DNA of 64,000 nt from an uncultured Candidatus Rokubacteria bacterium (GCA_963708025.1 CAVPSB010000032.1:160001-224000), one strand, 5' to 3'. Numbered from the stretch's first letter, positions 1 to 11,400 are shown. Program-made: numbers and translations. Notes: generated from the letters alone by a model not told the origin.

Positions 1-69
1 TCCCCTTCGGCTCGATGGTGAGTGGCGCTACTATAGCGGATCGACAGAGCGCCGGTCACTACGGGACGG

Positions 70-1701
70 CTACGCGCCCCGGAAGCGGAGACCCTGGCGG
101 ACGACCGCCTGGTAGGCGCTCAGCTCGGCGTCGATCCGCCGGGAGCTCCAGCCGAGGAGCGCGCCCATCCGGGCGGCGATGCCGCCTGAGCAGTCCAGCC
201 CAAGGCACGGCCCGGTGCCGATCCCCGTCCGCCGCAGGAGGAAGTCCTGGAGCGACACGGTCAGCTCGCCCTCCACCGCCCAGTGGAGCTGGGCCACGAT
301 CTCCGGCGCGCTCTTGCAGAGGCGCTCCGTCCCCCCTGGCAACCGGCGGGCGAGGTCGAGCACCGCGCCGGCCCGCCGCCCGTAGGTGGCGACGAGCATC
401 TCCACCTGCCCCGCCTCGAGGCCCGAGGCCCGGACCGCTTCGCTCACGTCCAGCAGCGCCCGCACCTCCAGCGCCCCGGCCTCCTCGTCGGAGCCGTCCA
501 GGGCCAGCCGGGCCGTCCGGCTCGGCCCACCCTTGCCGGTGAGGCGCGCCACCTCGTCCCCCACTCGCTGGGCAAGGCTCCGGAAGCACGTCAGCTTGGT
601 GCCGGTGATCGACAGGAACCGGTCGTCGGGCCCCTCGGCGATCACGCGGTGCTGGCGGGAGACCGCCGAGGCCCGGCGGCCGCCAGAGCCATCGCCGGCG
701 GTCAGCGGGCGCACGCCGGCGTAGGTGTAGGCGACGTTCGACTCGTCGATCCGCGCGTCGGCGAGCACCCGCCGCGTCTCGGCGATCAGGTAGCTGACGT
801 CCTCGGCGGTGGCCCACACCCGGTCGGGATTGTCGGCGAAGTCGGTGTCGGTCGTCCCGACCAGCGAGAACTCCCGCCAGGGGATCACGAACACCATCCG
901 GTCGTCCTGGGTCGAGAGGTAGATGGCGCGCTCGGTCAGGCGCGGGAGGAGGAGGTGCGCCCCCTTGGTGGTCCGCAACAGCCGACCCCTCTCCCCCACG
1001 GAGGCTAGCTCGCGCACGCGATCCACCCACGGCCCGGCCGCGTTGACCAGGACCCGGCCGGCCAGGGTGACCACGTCGCCGCCGACCAGGTCCCGCACGC
1101 GGACCTGCCACCCGCCGCCGGGCTGTGGCCGCAACTCCTCGGCCTGCGCGTAGTTGAGGGTGTGGGCGCCGGCTCGCCGCGCCGCGAGCACGTTCTCCAG
1201 GCACAGGCGCTCCGGCGAGAGCAGCAGGTCGTCAACGTAGTACCCGGCCCCGACCAGGTCATCGGGGCGGATCGTCGGCTCCAGGGCCAGCGCCTCCTCC
1301 CGGCTCATCGTCCGGTAGCGCTCGGTCCGCTTCCCGGGGGTGAGGAGGTCGTAGAGCCGGAGCCCGATCCGCACCTTGACGAGGCTCCGGGTGCCTCCCG
1401 CGTGGACCGGCACCAGGAAGGGCAGTGGGCGAACGAGCTGCGGGGCCAGGCGGGCCAGGGTCTCGCGCTCGCGCAGCGACTCCCGGACGAGGCCGAAGTC
1501 GAACAGCTCGAGATACCGGAGCCCGCCGTGGATCAGCTTCGACGAGCGGGAGGTGGTGCCCGATCCGAAGTCGGCCTTCTCGACGAGGATGCACGACAGC
1601 CCCCGGAGAGCCAGCTCGCGGGCCACGCCCGCGCCCGCCATGCCGCCGCCGACGATGACGGCGTCAACCGGGGCGGCATCCAGTCCGGCCAGCCGACTCA
1701 T
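70..1701 (-). CDS. glpD: FAD-dependent glycerol-3-phosphate dehydrogenase/oxidase
   Basis: Motifs IVGGGMAGAG, GTTSRSSKLIHGGLRYLE, VNAAGPW and YAGVRPL. Start trimmed to the ATG at 1701 (MSRLAG); the longer ORF runs through a G/C hairpin. Confidence 0.9.
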   Translation of the reverse strand: MSRLAGLDAAPVDAVIVGGGMAGAGVARELALRGLSCILVEKADFGSGTTSRSSKLIHGGLRYLELFDFGLVRESLRERETLARLAPQLVRPLPFLVPVHAGGTRSLVKVRIGLRLYDLLTPGKRTERYRTMSREEALALEPTIRPDDLVGAGYYVDDLLLSPERLCLENVLAARRAGAHTLNYAQAEELRPQPGGGWQVRVRDLVGGDVVTLAGRVLVNAAGPWVDRVRELASVGERGRLLRTTKGAHLLLPRLTERAIYLSTQDDRMVFVIPWREFSLVGTTDTDFADNPDRVWATAEDVSYLIAETRRVLADARIDESNVAYTYAGVRPLTAGDGSGGRRASAVSRQHRVIAEGPDDRFLSITGTKLTCFRSLAQRVGDEVARLTGKGGPSRTARLALDGSDEEAGALEVRALLDVSEAVRASGLEAGQVEMLVATYGRRAGAVLDLARRLPGGTERLCKSAPEIVAQLHWAVEGELTVSLQDFLLRRTGIGTGPCLGLDCSGGIAARMGALLGWSSRRIDAELSAYQAVVRQGLRFRGA

Positions 1702-1709
1702 GGTCCAAC

Positions 1710-1741
1710 AGGGGGGGGAGTGCCAGCCACTCCTCCCCCCT
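1710..1741. repeat. G-tract/C-tract intergenic hairpin
   Basis: AGGGGGGGGAGTG-CCAGC-CACTCCTCCCCCCT inverted repeat between the HAD gene and glpD. Confidence 0.4.
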
Positions 1742-1795
1742 GGACCCCCCCCACCCGCCCGCCGCCGTCCGCCGCCTGATGCCATGCGTGGCGGT

Positions 1796-2578
1796 TCATC
1801 CGACAATCTCCTCCAGCGAGGCGAGCACGTGGTCCGGCTGCCAGCGCCCGATGGCGGGGTCGCCGGGCTCCGTGATCCCGGTCAGCACCAAGATGGTGGC
1901 CAGCCCGGCCGCCTTCCCCATCGCGATGTCGGTCTCCAGCCGGTCGCCGACGATAGCGCAGTCCCGCGCCTCCAGGCCCAGCCGCTCCAGAGCGACCCGC
2001 AGCATGATGGGGGACGGCTTCCCCACGATCGGCTCGACGCGCCGGCCGGTGACCGCCTCGACGGCGGCGATCATCCCCGCCGCGTCCGGGATCTGGCCGT
2101 CCTCCACTGGACACGTACGGTCGGGGTTGGTGCCGATCAGGCGGGCCCCATGGCGCGTCACCGCCTGGAGGGCGACGTCGAGCTTCCGGTAGTCGAAGGT
2201 CCGGTCGAAGGCCACCACGACGTAGTCCGCCCGGGGACCGTCCACCGGCTTCAGCCCGGCCGCCTCCAGCTCGGCCACGAGGGGCGGCTCGCCGATCACG
2301 AAGCAGCGGGCGCCGGGCGCCTCCCGGGCCAGCCAGCGCGCGAGGACGTAGGAGGAGTTGATCACCTCGTCGACCAGCGTCGGGACACCGAGTCGCGTAA
2401 GCTTCGCCGCGTAATCGGCGCGGCTCGCGATCGGCTTGTTGGAGAGGAAGCACACGGGGCGGCCGGCGTCGCGGAGCGCCCCGACGGCCGCCTTGGCCCC
2501 CGGGAGGAGACGCTCACCGAGGTACACCGTGCCGTCGAGATCCAGGATGAAGCCCCGATAGGGGAAGCGGATCGACAT
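1796..2578 (-). CDS. HAD-IIA family phosphatase (NagD-like)
   Basis: DLDGTV motif I, GKPS, and GDRLETDI motif IV. Confidence 0.92.
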   Translation of the reverse strand: MSIRFPYRGFILDLDGTVYLGERLLPGAKAAVGALRDAGRPVCFLSNKPIASRADYAAKLTRLGVPTLVDEVINSSYVLARWLAREAPGARCFVIGEPPLVAELEAAGLKPVDGPRADYVVVAFDRTFDYRKLDVALQAVTRHGARLIGTNPDRTCPVEDGQIPDAAGMIAAVEAVTGRRVEPIVGKPSPIMLRVALERLGLEARDCAIVGDRLETDIAMGKAAGLATILVLTGITEPGDPAIGRWQPDHVLASLEEIVG

Positions 2579-2584
2579 GCCCTC

Positions 2585-2613
2585 ACCGTGTCATCGGGCA
2601 GGCCGGCTGTCAA
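2585..2613 (-). promoter_or_regulatory. Putative sigma70 promoter, possibly leaderless, for HAD-glpD
   Basis: TTGACA-N17-CACGGT (weak -10, preceded by TG), ending 6 nt before the ATG. Confidence 0.45.
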
Positions 2614-2791
2614 GACAACCGCCCCCGGACGCCGGGCCGATCTCACGATAGAGGATCAGGTGAACCACTCCAGCTACGGGCTGAACCGGGCCTCGAGGCG
2701 CGCGGTCGAAGAGCGTGCTGGCCGACTGGTCGGGGCCGAAGCCGGCGAGCGAGGCCCGGTGGCGGTGCGCTCGGGGCCGGTCGGGCGCGCG

Positions 2792-3337
2792 CTACCGCCA
2801 GAGGTCGGCGGGAGTCAGGGTGAGGTCGGGCCAGTCCGGATGGGAGAAGGGCGCATCGCCTTCGGAGGCGCAGACGAGCCGGTAGGTGCCCTGCTCGGCC
2901 CGGTAGCACTCGATCCGGCGCGCTTCCGGGTCCACCAGCCAGTAGTGCGGGACGCCGAGGGCGGCGTAGCGGCGCGCCTTGGCCGTCCGGTCCTGGGTGC
3001 GCGTCGAGGGGGAGAGCACCTCGACGACCAGCGCGGGCGGGCCCTCGACGCCCCGGCCGGACACCTGGGTCGGCTCGGTGACGACGACGAGATCCGGCTG
3101 GACGACGTCGTGAAACGACAGGATCAGATCGATGGGCGCGTTGAAGACCTCGCCGAGCCCCCGGGCCTCGAAGTAGGCTTCGAGCTGGCGCTGGAGCCGC
3201 TTGGAGACCCGCTGGTGCAGGGGACTGGGCGCCGGGGTCACGTACAGCTCCCCATCGAGGACCTCGTAGCGGTTCCGGTCGGGTGGAATCGCGGCGTAGT
3301 CGTCGTAGTCGAGCCTCTGCTTGAGCCCTATCTCCAT
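2792..3337 (-). CDS. Uma2 family (PD-(D/E)XK) endonuclease
   Basis: YEVLDGEL..TPAP, VVQPDL, LVVEVLSPST, Y...GVPHYWLVDP. Confidence 0.92.
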   Translation of the reverse strand: MEIGLKQRLDYDDYAAIPPDRNRYEVLDGELYVTPAPSPLHQRVSKRLQRQLEAYFEARGLGEVFNAPIDLILSFHDVVQPDLVVVTEPTQVSGRGVEGPPALVVEVLSPSTRTQDRTAKARRYAALGVPHYWLVDPEARRIECYRAEQGTYRLVCASEGDAPFSHPDWPDLTLTPADLWR

Positions 3338-3407
3338 CGCGCCTGCCTCTCGCCGTCCATCATACCGCCCCCGCGGTCAAATCTCATCAGCGCACGCCCC
3401 GGGGGCG

Positions 3408-3520
3408 CTACCGGCCGTCCCGGACCGCCGCGACGGCCTCGATCTCGACCAGCATGCCGGGGATGGCGAACGCACCGATGCCGATCAGCGTCGAGGCCGG
3501 CTTGTCAGCGCCGAAACTCC
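3408..3520 (-). pseudogene. RidA/YjgF family C-terminal remnant
   Basis: Reads FGADKPASTLIGIGAFAIPGMLVEIEAVAAVRDGR*; there is no room for a 5' half before the nuoN stop. Confidence 0.7.
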
Positions 3521-3556
3521 TCGCTCGGCGCGGGGGTCGGCCTCCGGGAGGACGGG

Positions 3557-5012
3557 TTACGACAGGAGCGGGGCGATGGCCCGCCGGGCGAACGCGAAGA
3601 CCGTGCCCGGCAGGAGCCCCAGGTGGAAGGTTGCCCACACGGCGAGGGCCAGCGCCAGCCCGGCGGCCGGCGTCAGCGCCGCCCGCACCCCCTCCTCCCC
3701 CGGCTCCCGCATGTACATGTAGACGATGAGCCGGAGGTAGTAGTAGGCGGCGGCGACCGCGTTGAGCACGGCGATGATCGCGAGCCACACGAAGCCCCCG
3801 CTGATCGCCGCGCTGAAGAGGTAGAACTTGCCGATGAAGCCCGCGGTGGGCGGGAGCCCGATCAGCGAGAGCAGGCACACGGTCAGCACCAGGGCCAGGA
3901 TCGGGTGGCGCGCCGACAGCCCGCCGTAGGCGTCCAGGTCCACGGCCTCGGAGCCGTCCGCGCGCTCGAGCAGCAGGATGACCCCGAACGCGCCGACGGT
4001 GGCGAACGTGTAGACGACCAGGTAGTAGAGCACCGCCGCCAGGCCCAGCTCCGACCCCGCGGCCAGGCCGACCAGCATGTAGCCGACGTGGGCCACCGAG
4101 GAGTAGGCGAGCATGCGCTTGAGGTTCCGCTGGGCGAGCGCCACGACGTTGCCGACGGTCATGGTCAGGGCGGCCAGGAGCCAGAGCAGCATGGCCCAGT
4201 CGGGCTGGAGCACGCGGGTAGAGACGAGCACCCGGACGAGCGCGGCGAAGGCGGCGGCCTTGGACCCGGTGGCGATGAGCGCCGCCACCGCCGTGGGCGC
4301 CCCCTCGTAGACGTCGGGCGCCCACTGGTGGAAGGGGACGGCCGAGGTCTTGAAGCCGAAGCCGACCAGCAGGAGGACCAGCCCGACCAGGACCAACGGC
4401 TCCCGGGCCGTCCCCGGCGCCCCCAGGGCGGCGCCCAGCCGGGCGAGGTTCGTGGTGCCGGTGGCCCCGTAGAGGAGCGCGATCCCGTAAAGGAAGAAGC
4501 CGCTCGAGAAGGCCCCCAGCAGGAAGTACTTCATCGACGACTCGTTGCCGGTGGGCCGGGTGCGGAAGAAGCCGGCCAGGACGTACAGCGAGAGCGACAT
4601 CAGCTCCAGCCCCAGGAAGACCACCAGGAGGTCGAGGGCCGACGCCATCAGCATCATGCCCACCGTGGCGAACAGGAGGAGGACGTAGTACTCGCCGGCC
4701 TCGATGCCCTGCCGCCGCACGTAGCCCACCGAGAGGAGCAGCACGAGGCCGGTGCTGACGCAGAAGATGCCGTTGAAGAACAGGGTGAAGTCGTCGGCCG
4801 CCACCATCTGCTGAAAGCTCGCCGCCGAGCTGCCCCACATGAGGGCCGAGGCCAGGAGCGCGCCGCTCAGCCCCAGCACGCCGACCGCGGTCAGGTGGAT
4901 CCGCCGTGGCGCCGGAACCAGGTCCAGCAGGAGACAGGCCAGGCTCGTCGATGGTCACGATGAGCATCGGCGTCAGGACCGGCCAGGTGAGCGCGGGAAT
5001 CGCGATCGGCAT
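3557..5012 (-). CDS. nuoN: NADH-quinone oxidoreductase subunit N (one frameshift near 4950)
   Basis: FLGLELMSLSLY, KYFLLGAF, PFHQWAPDVYEGAPT. The N-terminus MPIAIPALTWP overlaps the nuoM stop (TGATG) and joins after removing one base near 4950. Confidence 0.9.
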
Positions 5013-6514
5013 CAGAAGTGCCACCAGCCGACCACCGGCCCCACCTTCGACTTCACCAGCGCGATCAGCTCGGCCACCGCCGGCTCGGTCACCGCGGTGA
5101 ACGGCGTCGGGTAGACGCCGATCCAGACGATCAGCAGGAGGAGCGGCGCCACCGTCAGCACCTCGCGCGGTCCGAGGTCCCGGAGCTTCCGGACCTCCTC
5201 GTGGCGGACCGGGCCGAAGAACACGCGCTGGTACATCCAGAGCATGTAGACCGCGGCGAAGATGATCCCGCCCGTCGCCAGCACGGCCACCGGGCGGCTC
5301 ACCTGGAAGGCCCCCACCAGGATCAGGAACTCCCCGACGAACCCGTTCAGGCCCGGCAGCCCGATCGACGAGAGCGTGACCACCAGGAAGACCGCCGAGA
5401 AGAGCGGCAGGATCGCCCACAGGCCGCCGAAGTCGGCGATCAGCCGGGAATGCCGCCGCTCGTAGATCATGCCGACCATGAGGAAGAGGGCGCCGGTGGA
5501 CAGCCCGTGGTTCACCATCTGGATGATGCCGCCGACGAGGCCCTGGGCGTTGAGCGCGAACAGGCCCAGCATCACGAATCCCAGGTGGCTCACCGAGGAG
5601 TAGGCGATGAGCTTCTTGAGATCGGGCTGCACCATCGAGACCCAGGCGCCGTAGAGGATGCCGATGAGGGCCAGCACGAAGATGGCCGGGGCGAAGACCG
5701 CCGAGGCGTGGGGGAAGAGCGGGAGGCAGAACCGGATGAACCCGTAGGTCCCCATCTTGAGGAGCACGCCGGCCAGGATCACGCTGCCGGCGGTCGGCGC
5801 CTCGACGTGGGCGTCGGGCAGCCAGGTGTGGAAGGGGAACATCGGCACCTTGATGGCGAAGGCGAGCGCGAAGGCCAGGAACAGCGGCACCTGGACGCGG
5901 AAGTCGAGGACCAACTCGGCCAGGGCGGCGTAGTCGAAGGTGTAGATCCCGGTCCGGCTTCCGTGCAGGTAGTAGAGGGCCAGGATGGCGAGCAGCATCA
6001 GGGCCGAGCCGGCCATCGTGTACAGGATGAACTTCACCGACGCGTAGACCCGGCGCGGCCCGCCCCAGACCCCGATGATCAGGTACATCGGGATGAGCAT
6101 CGCCTCCCAGAAGACGAAGAACAGGACCAGGTCGAGGGCGCAGAAGACCCCGACCATGGCCGTCTCCAGGAGGAGCATGGCGATCAGGAACTCCTTCACC
6201 CGGGTCGTGATCTGCGTCCAGGCCGACAGGATGCAGAGCGGCGTCAGGAAGGTCGTGAGGAGGACGAGGAGCAGGCTGATGCCGTCCACGCCGAGGTGGT
6301 AGCTGATGCCGGAGGCCGGGATCCAGGCGGCCCGCTCCTCGAACTGCATGCCGGGCTCGTTCTTGAAGCCGATCCAGAGTCCCAGCGAGACGACGAAGGT
6401 CGCCGCCGACACCCAGAACGCGACCAGGCGGAGCCGCCGCTGGTCACGGCCGTCCAGGAGGAGCAGCGCGACCGCGCCCAGCGTGGGCAGGAAGGTGATC
6501 GTCGTCAGCAGCAC
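5012..6514 (-). CDS. nuoM: NADH-quinone oxidoreductase subunit M
   Basis: FFVFWEAMLIPMY, KVPMFPFHTWLPDAHVEAPTAGSV, LKMGTYG. Confidence 0.95.
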   Translation of the reverse strand: MLLTTITFLPTLGAVALLLLDGRDQRRLRLVAFWVSAATFVVSLGLWIGFKNEPGMQFEERAAWIPASGISYHLGVDGISLLLVLLTTFLTPLCILSAWTQITTRVKEFLIAMLLLETAMVGVFCALDLVLFFVFWEAMLIPMYLIIGVWGGPRRVYASVKFILYTMAGSALMLLAILALYYLHGSRTGIYTFDYAALAELVLDFRVQVPLFLAFALAFAIKVPMFPFHTWLPDAHVEAPTAGSVILAGVLLKMGTYGFIRFCLPLFPHASAVFAPAIFVLALIGILYGAWVSMVQPDLKKLIAYSSVSHLGFVMLGLFALNAQGLVGGIIQMVNHGLSTGALFLMVGMIYERRHSRLIADFGGLWAILPLFSAVFLVVTLSSIGLPGLNGFVGEFLILVGAFQVSRPVAVLATGGIIFAAVYMLWMYQRVFFGPVRHEEVRKLRDLGPREVLTVAPLLLLIVWIGVYPTPFTAVTEPAVAELIALVKSKVGPVVGWWHF

Positions 6515-6524
6515 CGGCGAGCGC

Positions 6525-8402
6525 CTAGCGGGGCCAGAGCAAGAGGCCCAGCAGCGCCACCACGCCGATCAGCATGGTCAGCGCGTAGTTCATGACGAAC
6601 CCGGTCTGCAGCCGCCGGAGCCGGGCGGCCGCGCCCAGCACCAGGTCGGCCACCCCGTTCACCGCGCCGTCGATCACCCCCAGGTCGAACTCCGCGCACC
6701 GCTGGGCCATCCGCCCGATCGGCCGCACGAACAGGGCATCGTACAGCTCGTCCACGTAGTACTTGTGGAGGAGCACCCGATGCACGGCGTTCTGCGGCAC
6801 GCCGATCTTCGCCAGATCGGCGCGGCCCTTGATGTACATCTGCCAGGCGACGGCGATGCCGCCGAGCGCCACCAGCACCGACACCGCCATCAGCCTCCAG
6901 TCCGGCCCGTGGTGACCGCCCTCGCCCTCGCCGCCCCCCAACACCGGCCCGAGGAAGCGGCCGATCATCGCCCCGTCGTGGAACGGCCACCCCCACACGC
7001 CGGCCCCGGCCGCCAGCACGGCCAGGATCATCAGGGGGATCGTCATGACGGGCGGCGACTCGTGGACGTGGTGGGCGACTTCGTGGTCCACGCGCGAGGC
7101 GCCGAAGAAGGTCAGGAACACCAGCCGCCACATGTAGAAGGCGGTCAGGGCGGCGCCGATCAGGCCGAGGGCGAAAATGGCGTAGTGGTGGGCGTTCCAG
7201 GCCCCGGTCAGGATCTCGTCCTTCGAGACGAAGCCCGAGAACGGTGGGATGCCCGAGATGGCCAGCGTGGCGACGAGCATGGTGTTGCGGGTCCAGGGGA
7301 GCTTCCGCCAGAGCCCGCCCATCTTGCGGAGGTCCTGCTCGCCGGAGAGCGCGTGGATCACCGAGCCGGCGCCGAGGAACAGGAGCGCCTTGAAGAAGGC
7401 GTGGGTCATCAGGTGGTAGATGCCCGCCGTGTAGGCACCGACCCCCACGCCGATGAACATGTAGCCGAGCTGGCTCACCGTGGAGTAGGCCAGCACCCGC
7501 TTGATGTCGGTCTGGACGAGGCCGATGGTGGCCGCGAACACCGCGGTGATGACGCCGACCCACGCCACCACGTCGAGGGCCACCCCCGACCGCTCGAAGA
7601 TCGCGTGGGACCGCGCCACCATGTACACCCCCGCCGTGACCATGGTGGCGGCGTGGATCAACGCCGAGACGGGCGTCGGGCCCTCCATGGCGTCGGGGAG
7701 CCACGTGTGGAGCGGGAGCTGGGCCGACTTGCCGCAGGCGCCCAGGAAGAGGAGCAGGCTGATCGCGGTCGCGGTGCCGATCGCCAGCTCCGGCGCCCGC
7801 GGGAAGACCTCGCGGAACTCCAGGGTGCCGAGCGAGGTCCACAAGAGCATGATGCCCAGGCCGAAGCCGAAGTCGCCGACCCGGTTCACGATGAACGCCT
7901 TCTTGCCCGCGTTGGCCGCCGACTCCTTCGTGTACCAGAAGCCGATCAGGAGGTAGGAGCAGAGCCCGACCGCCTCCCAGAAGACGTAGAGGAGGAGGAA
8001 GTTCCCGGCCAGGACCAGCATGACCATCGAGAAGACGAACAGGTTCAGGTAGGTGAAGAAGCGCGGGTAGTCCGGGTCGGTGTGCATGTACCCGATCGAG
8101 TAGACGTGGATCAGGAAGCCGACGCCGGTGACGACCAGGAGCATGACGGCCGAGAGCTGGTCGAGCTGGAACGTCAGGGGGGCGCGGAAGGTGCCGGCGA
8201 CGATCCACTCCCACACCGGCCCGGCGAAGATCTCGTGGCCTCGCCAGACACGCAGGAACGCGGCGGCGGCGAAGGCGAAGGCGAGCCCGACGGCGGGAAC
8301 GCCGACCCAGTGCGCCTTGTGGCCGAGACGGCGCCCGAACACCAGGTTCACGAGGGCGCCCGCCAGCGGCAGGGCAGCGATGGGCCAGATCAAATGGATC
8401 AT
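6525..8402 (-). CDS. nuoL: NADH-quinone oxidoreductase subunit L
   Basis: IHVYSIGYM, WEAVGLCSYLLIGFW, GKSAQLPLHTWLPDAMEGPTPVSALIHAATMV. Confidence 0.95.
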   Translation of the reverse strand: MIHLIWPIAALPLAGALVNLVFGRRLGHKAHWVGVPAVGLAFAFAAAAFLRVWRGHEIFAGPVWEWIVAGTFRAPLTFQLDQLSAVMLLVVTGVGFLIHVYSIGYMHTDPDYPRFFTYLNLFVFSMVMLVLAGNFLLLYVFWEAVGLCSYLLIGFWYTKESAANAGKKAFIVNRVGDFGFGLGIMLLWTSLGTLEFREVFPRAPELAIGTATAISLLLFLGACGKSAQLPLHTWLPDAMEGPTPVSALIHAATMVTAGVYMVARSHAIFERSGVALDVVAWVGVITAVFAATIGLVQTDIKRVLAYSTVSQLGYMFIGVGVGAYTAGIYHLMTHAFFKALLFLGAGSVIHALSGEQDLRKMGGLWRKLPWTRNTMLVATLAISGIPPFSGFVSKDEILTGAWNAHHYAIFALGLIGAALTAFYMWRLVFLTFFGASRVDHEVAHHVHESPPVMTIPLMILAVLAAGAGVWGWPFHDGAMIGRFLGPVLGGGEGEGGHHGPDWRLMAVSVLVALGGIAVAWQMYIKGRADLAKIGVPQNAVHRVLLHKYYVDELYDALFVRPIGRMAQRCAEFDLGVIDGAVNGVADLVLGAAARLRRLQTGFVMNYALTMLIGVVALLGLLLWPR

Positions 8403-8420
8403 GGCTGTGCGGCGCCGCTA

Positions 8421-8449
8421 AGCCTAGCGGAAGGGTCGGGGAGTGTCAA
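8421..8449 (-). promoter_or_regulatory. sigma70 promoter for nuoLMN
   Basis: TTGACA-N17-TAGGCT, 18 nt upstream of the nuoL ATG. Confidence 0.7.
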
Positions 8450-8478
8450 TCGGATTGAGGCTTCAGTGGATCGAGGCT

Positions 8479-11400
8479 TCAGGCGAGCTTGGCCAGCTCG
8501 CCCTCCGCACGAGCCCGCCAGAAGGTCATGTCCATCGAGCGGTACAGCTCGGTCGCGGCGGCGAGCTCGATCCGCGCCGGCCCGCGCCGGGCCGCGTGGC
8601 GGTACAGGGCGCCGAGACCGAGGTGGCAGTGGGCCCGGAGCGGCCGCATCCCGAGGGCTTCGGCCAGCGCGAGGGCCTGGCGGTAGTGCTCTTCGGCCTG
8701 CCCCACGTCCGGCGGGTCGCGATGCGAGGCGATCTCGCCGTGGAGCCGGAGTATCCACGCCTCCCAGCCGCGTTGCCCGTGCCGCCGGGCCAGGTCGAGC
8801 CCCTGCGAGGCCAGCCGGCTCGCCGTGTCGAACGTCGCCCGCCAGCAGACGCGCCTCCCCGAGATGGGCGACGACGAGCGAATGGCCGTACACGAAGTTG
8901 ATCGAGACGGCCTGCTCATCGGCCTGCTCGAGCAGCCGGAGGGCGTCGGCCATCCGGCCGGTGAGGGCGTAGGCCGAGCCCAGGGACGACGCGACGCGGG
9001 AGAAATAGATGGCGAGCTCGCCGCCGCTCTGGCACAGGGGCAGACCCCGCTCCAGCATCGCGATGGCCTTCCCGAAGTCTCCCTTCACGAGATGGAGCCG
9101 GCCGACCCCGAGGGACGCCCAGACGAGCTCGTGCGGCGCCTTGGCCATCGCGATCGCGTCGTCACCGCAGGCGGACCCCGCGGCGAACTCGCCCTGCTCG
9201 GCGAGGCACAGGATGAGGAAGGATCGCGCGAACGAATGCGCGTCGCGGCCGGCCAGGGCAATGGCTCGCCGCGAACACTCGACCGACCGGGGGTAGTCGC
9301 CCAGGGCGTAGAGAGCGCGGCCCAGCATCGTGTTCGTGCGGTCTTCGACCATCACGTCGCCGATGTCCGCGGCCAGGCCGCGTGCGCGCTCCCCGGCCGC
9401 CACGGCGCCGGCGAGATCGCCGATGGAGGCCAGGTGATACGTCAGGCGGGCAAGGGCCCGGCCCAGGCGACGCTGATCCCCGAGCCGGCTGGCGAGGCTC
9501 TCGGCTTCGCGAATGTGCCCGAGCGCCCGCGCCAGCTCGCCGAGCGGATAGAGCGCGCTCTCGGCCTCCAGCCGGAGGTCGATGGCTTGCTCCCGGACGT
9601 CGCGGCCGTCCGGGAGGTGCGCCAGCGCGGCGAGCGCCAGCTCGAAATGGGCCAGCGCCTCGCGGTGGGCCGAGCAGGCGACGGCGTTCCGCCCGGCCTG
9701 TCGCAGGTAGAGGAGCGCCTTCTCCCACACCTCGGCCTCCCGATAGTGGCCAGCGAGGGCGGCGGCGTGCGCCTCCCGGTCGGCGGTGGAGAGCGCCTCC
9801 AGGGCCTCGGCGACGCGCCGGTGGAGCAGCTTCCGGCGGGGCGGCAAGAGCCGCGTGTAGACGACATCGCGGATCCGGTCGTGGGTGAAGTCGAAGCGCT
9901 CGTCCACGCCGTGCAGGACGCGACGCCGGACCAGCTCCTCGACGCCCTGCGCCGCCTCGTCCTCGCCCAGCCCCGCGGCGCGCTCGAGCAGCGGAAACTC
10001 GAACTCGCGCCCGATGACGGCGGCCACCGCCAGGAGGCGCTGGCTCACCTCGCTGACCCGCTCCAGACGCTGCGCGATCACGTCCCGGACGTGCGGGGGG
10101 AGCGTCAGCTTCGTCGCCGGGTCCGCCCTCGCCCCGTCCCGGAGCGCGCGCATGGTCTCCACCACCATGAAGGGATTGCCCTCGCTGGCGGCCCAGACCG
10201 GCTCGCCCACCCGCGCCATCGTCGCCGCCTCGGTGCCCATCGGGACGAGCGCCCCCACGAGGGTCAGGGTGTCGGCCCGCGAGAGCGGCGAGAGCGAGAG
10301 CGACTCGAGGTGCTGCTCGCGGGCCAGGTCCTCGAGCGTGCGGCGCAGGATCGGGGCGTCGGCCAGCTCCTCCTCCCGGGCCGTGGCGACGACGAGGACG
10401 GGCCACGCCCGGATGCGGCGCGCGAGGAAGGCCAGGAGTCTGAGGCTCGTCTCGTCGGCCCAGTGCAGGTCCTCCAGGACCAGCAGGAGGGGCTGGCGAG
10501 CCGCGAGGTGCCCGACGAGCTCGCCGACACTCTCGAAGAGCTGCCGGTAGTCGGCGGCGCCCGCGCCCGACGGGACCTCCGGCCCGGTCAGCTCGGGCAG
10601 CAGCCGGCCGAGCTCCGTGCGCCAGACGGGACCCAGGCCCCGAAGCGCCTCCGCGTCGTGAGGCACCCCACCGGCGCGAAGCGCGTTCACCCAGGGGCCG
10701 AAGGGCAGGATCTGGTCGGACTCGTACGAGCGGCCGAGGAGCACGCGGCCGCCCCGGTGGGCGGTCTCGATGGCCAGCTCCGCGATCAGGCGGCTCTTGC
10801 CGATCCCCGCCTCGCCGAGGATCGCCACGAGCCGGCCGCGCCCGCCCCAGGCCTCGTCCAGCGCGGCGACCAGCCGCGCCACCTCGGGCACGCGTCCGAT
10901 GAGCGGCGTCTCGACGAGCGGGGCATCGGCCCGAACCCCCGGGGCGGCGCCGAGGGCTGGCGCCGCCGGGAGCGGCGGCGGCAGTTCGATCGTCGAGGGG
11001 CGGGAGGGCGGCTGCCGGAGGATCTCCTGGTAGAGCTGCCGGGTCTCGGGCTCCGGCTCCACGCCGAGCTCGCGCTGCAGCACGCCGACACACTGTTGAT
11101 ACTGCCGGAGGGCCGCGCCCCGCCGCCCCGCCGCCCCGTACAGCCGCATCAGCGTCCGGTGCACCGGCTCCTGCAGCGGGTCCAGCGTCAGCAGCCGCAG
11201 CCCCGTCTGGATCGCCGCCTCCGTCGCCCCCGCCGTCCGCTGGTGCGCCAGGAGCTTGGCCAACCCCTCCAGCGCCAGCTCCCGCAGCCGCTCCCGCTCG
11301 CCCAGCAGCCACTCCTCGAACGCCGCCTCCTTCACCGCCAGCCCCGCCAGCAGCTCCCCCCGGTACAGCGCCGCCGCCGCCGCCAGCGCCCCCGGCGTCC

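Noticed and set aside
2792-3337. Uma2 nuclease as part of a defence system
   Set aside because: Solitary gene with no methylase, antitoxin or other defence neighbours.
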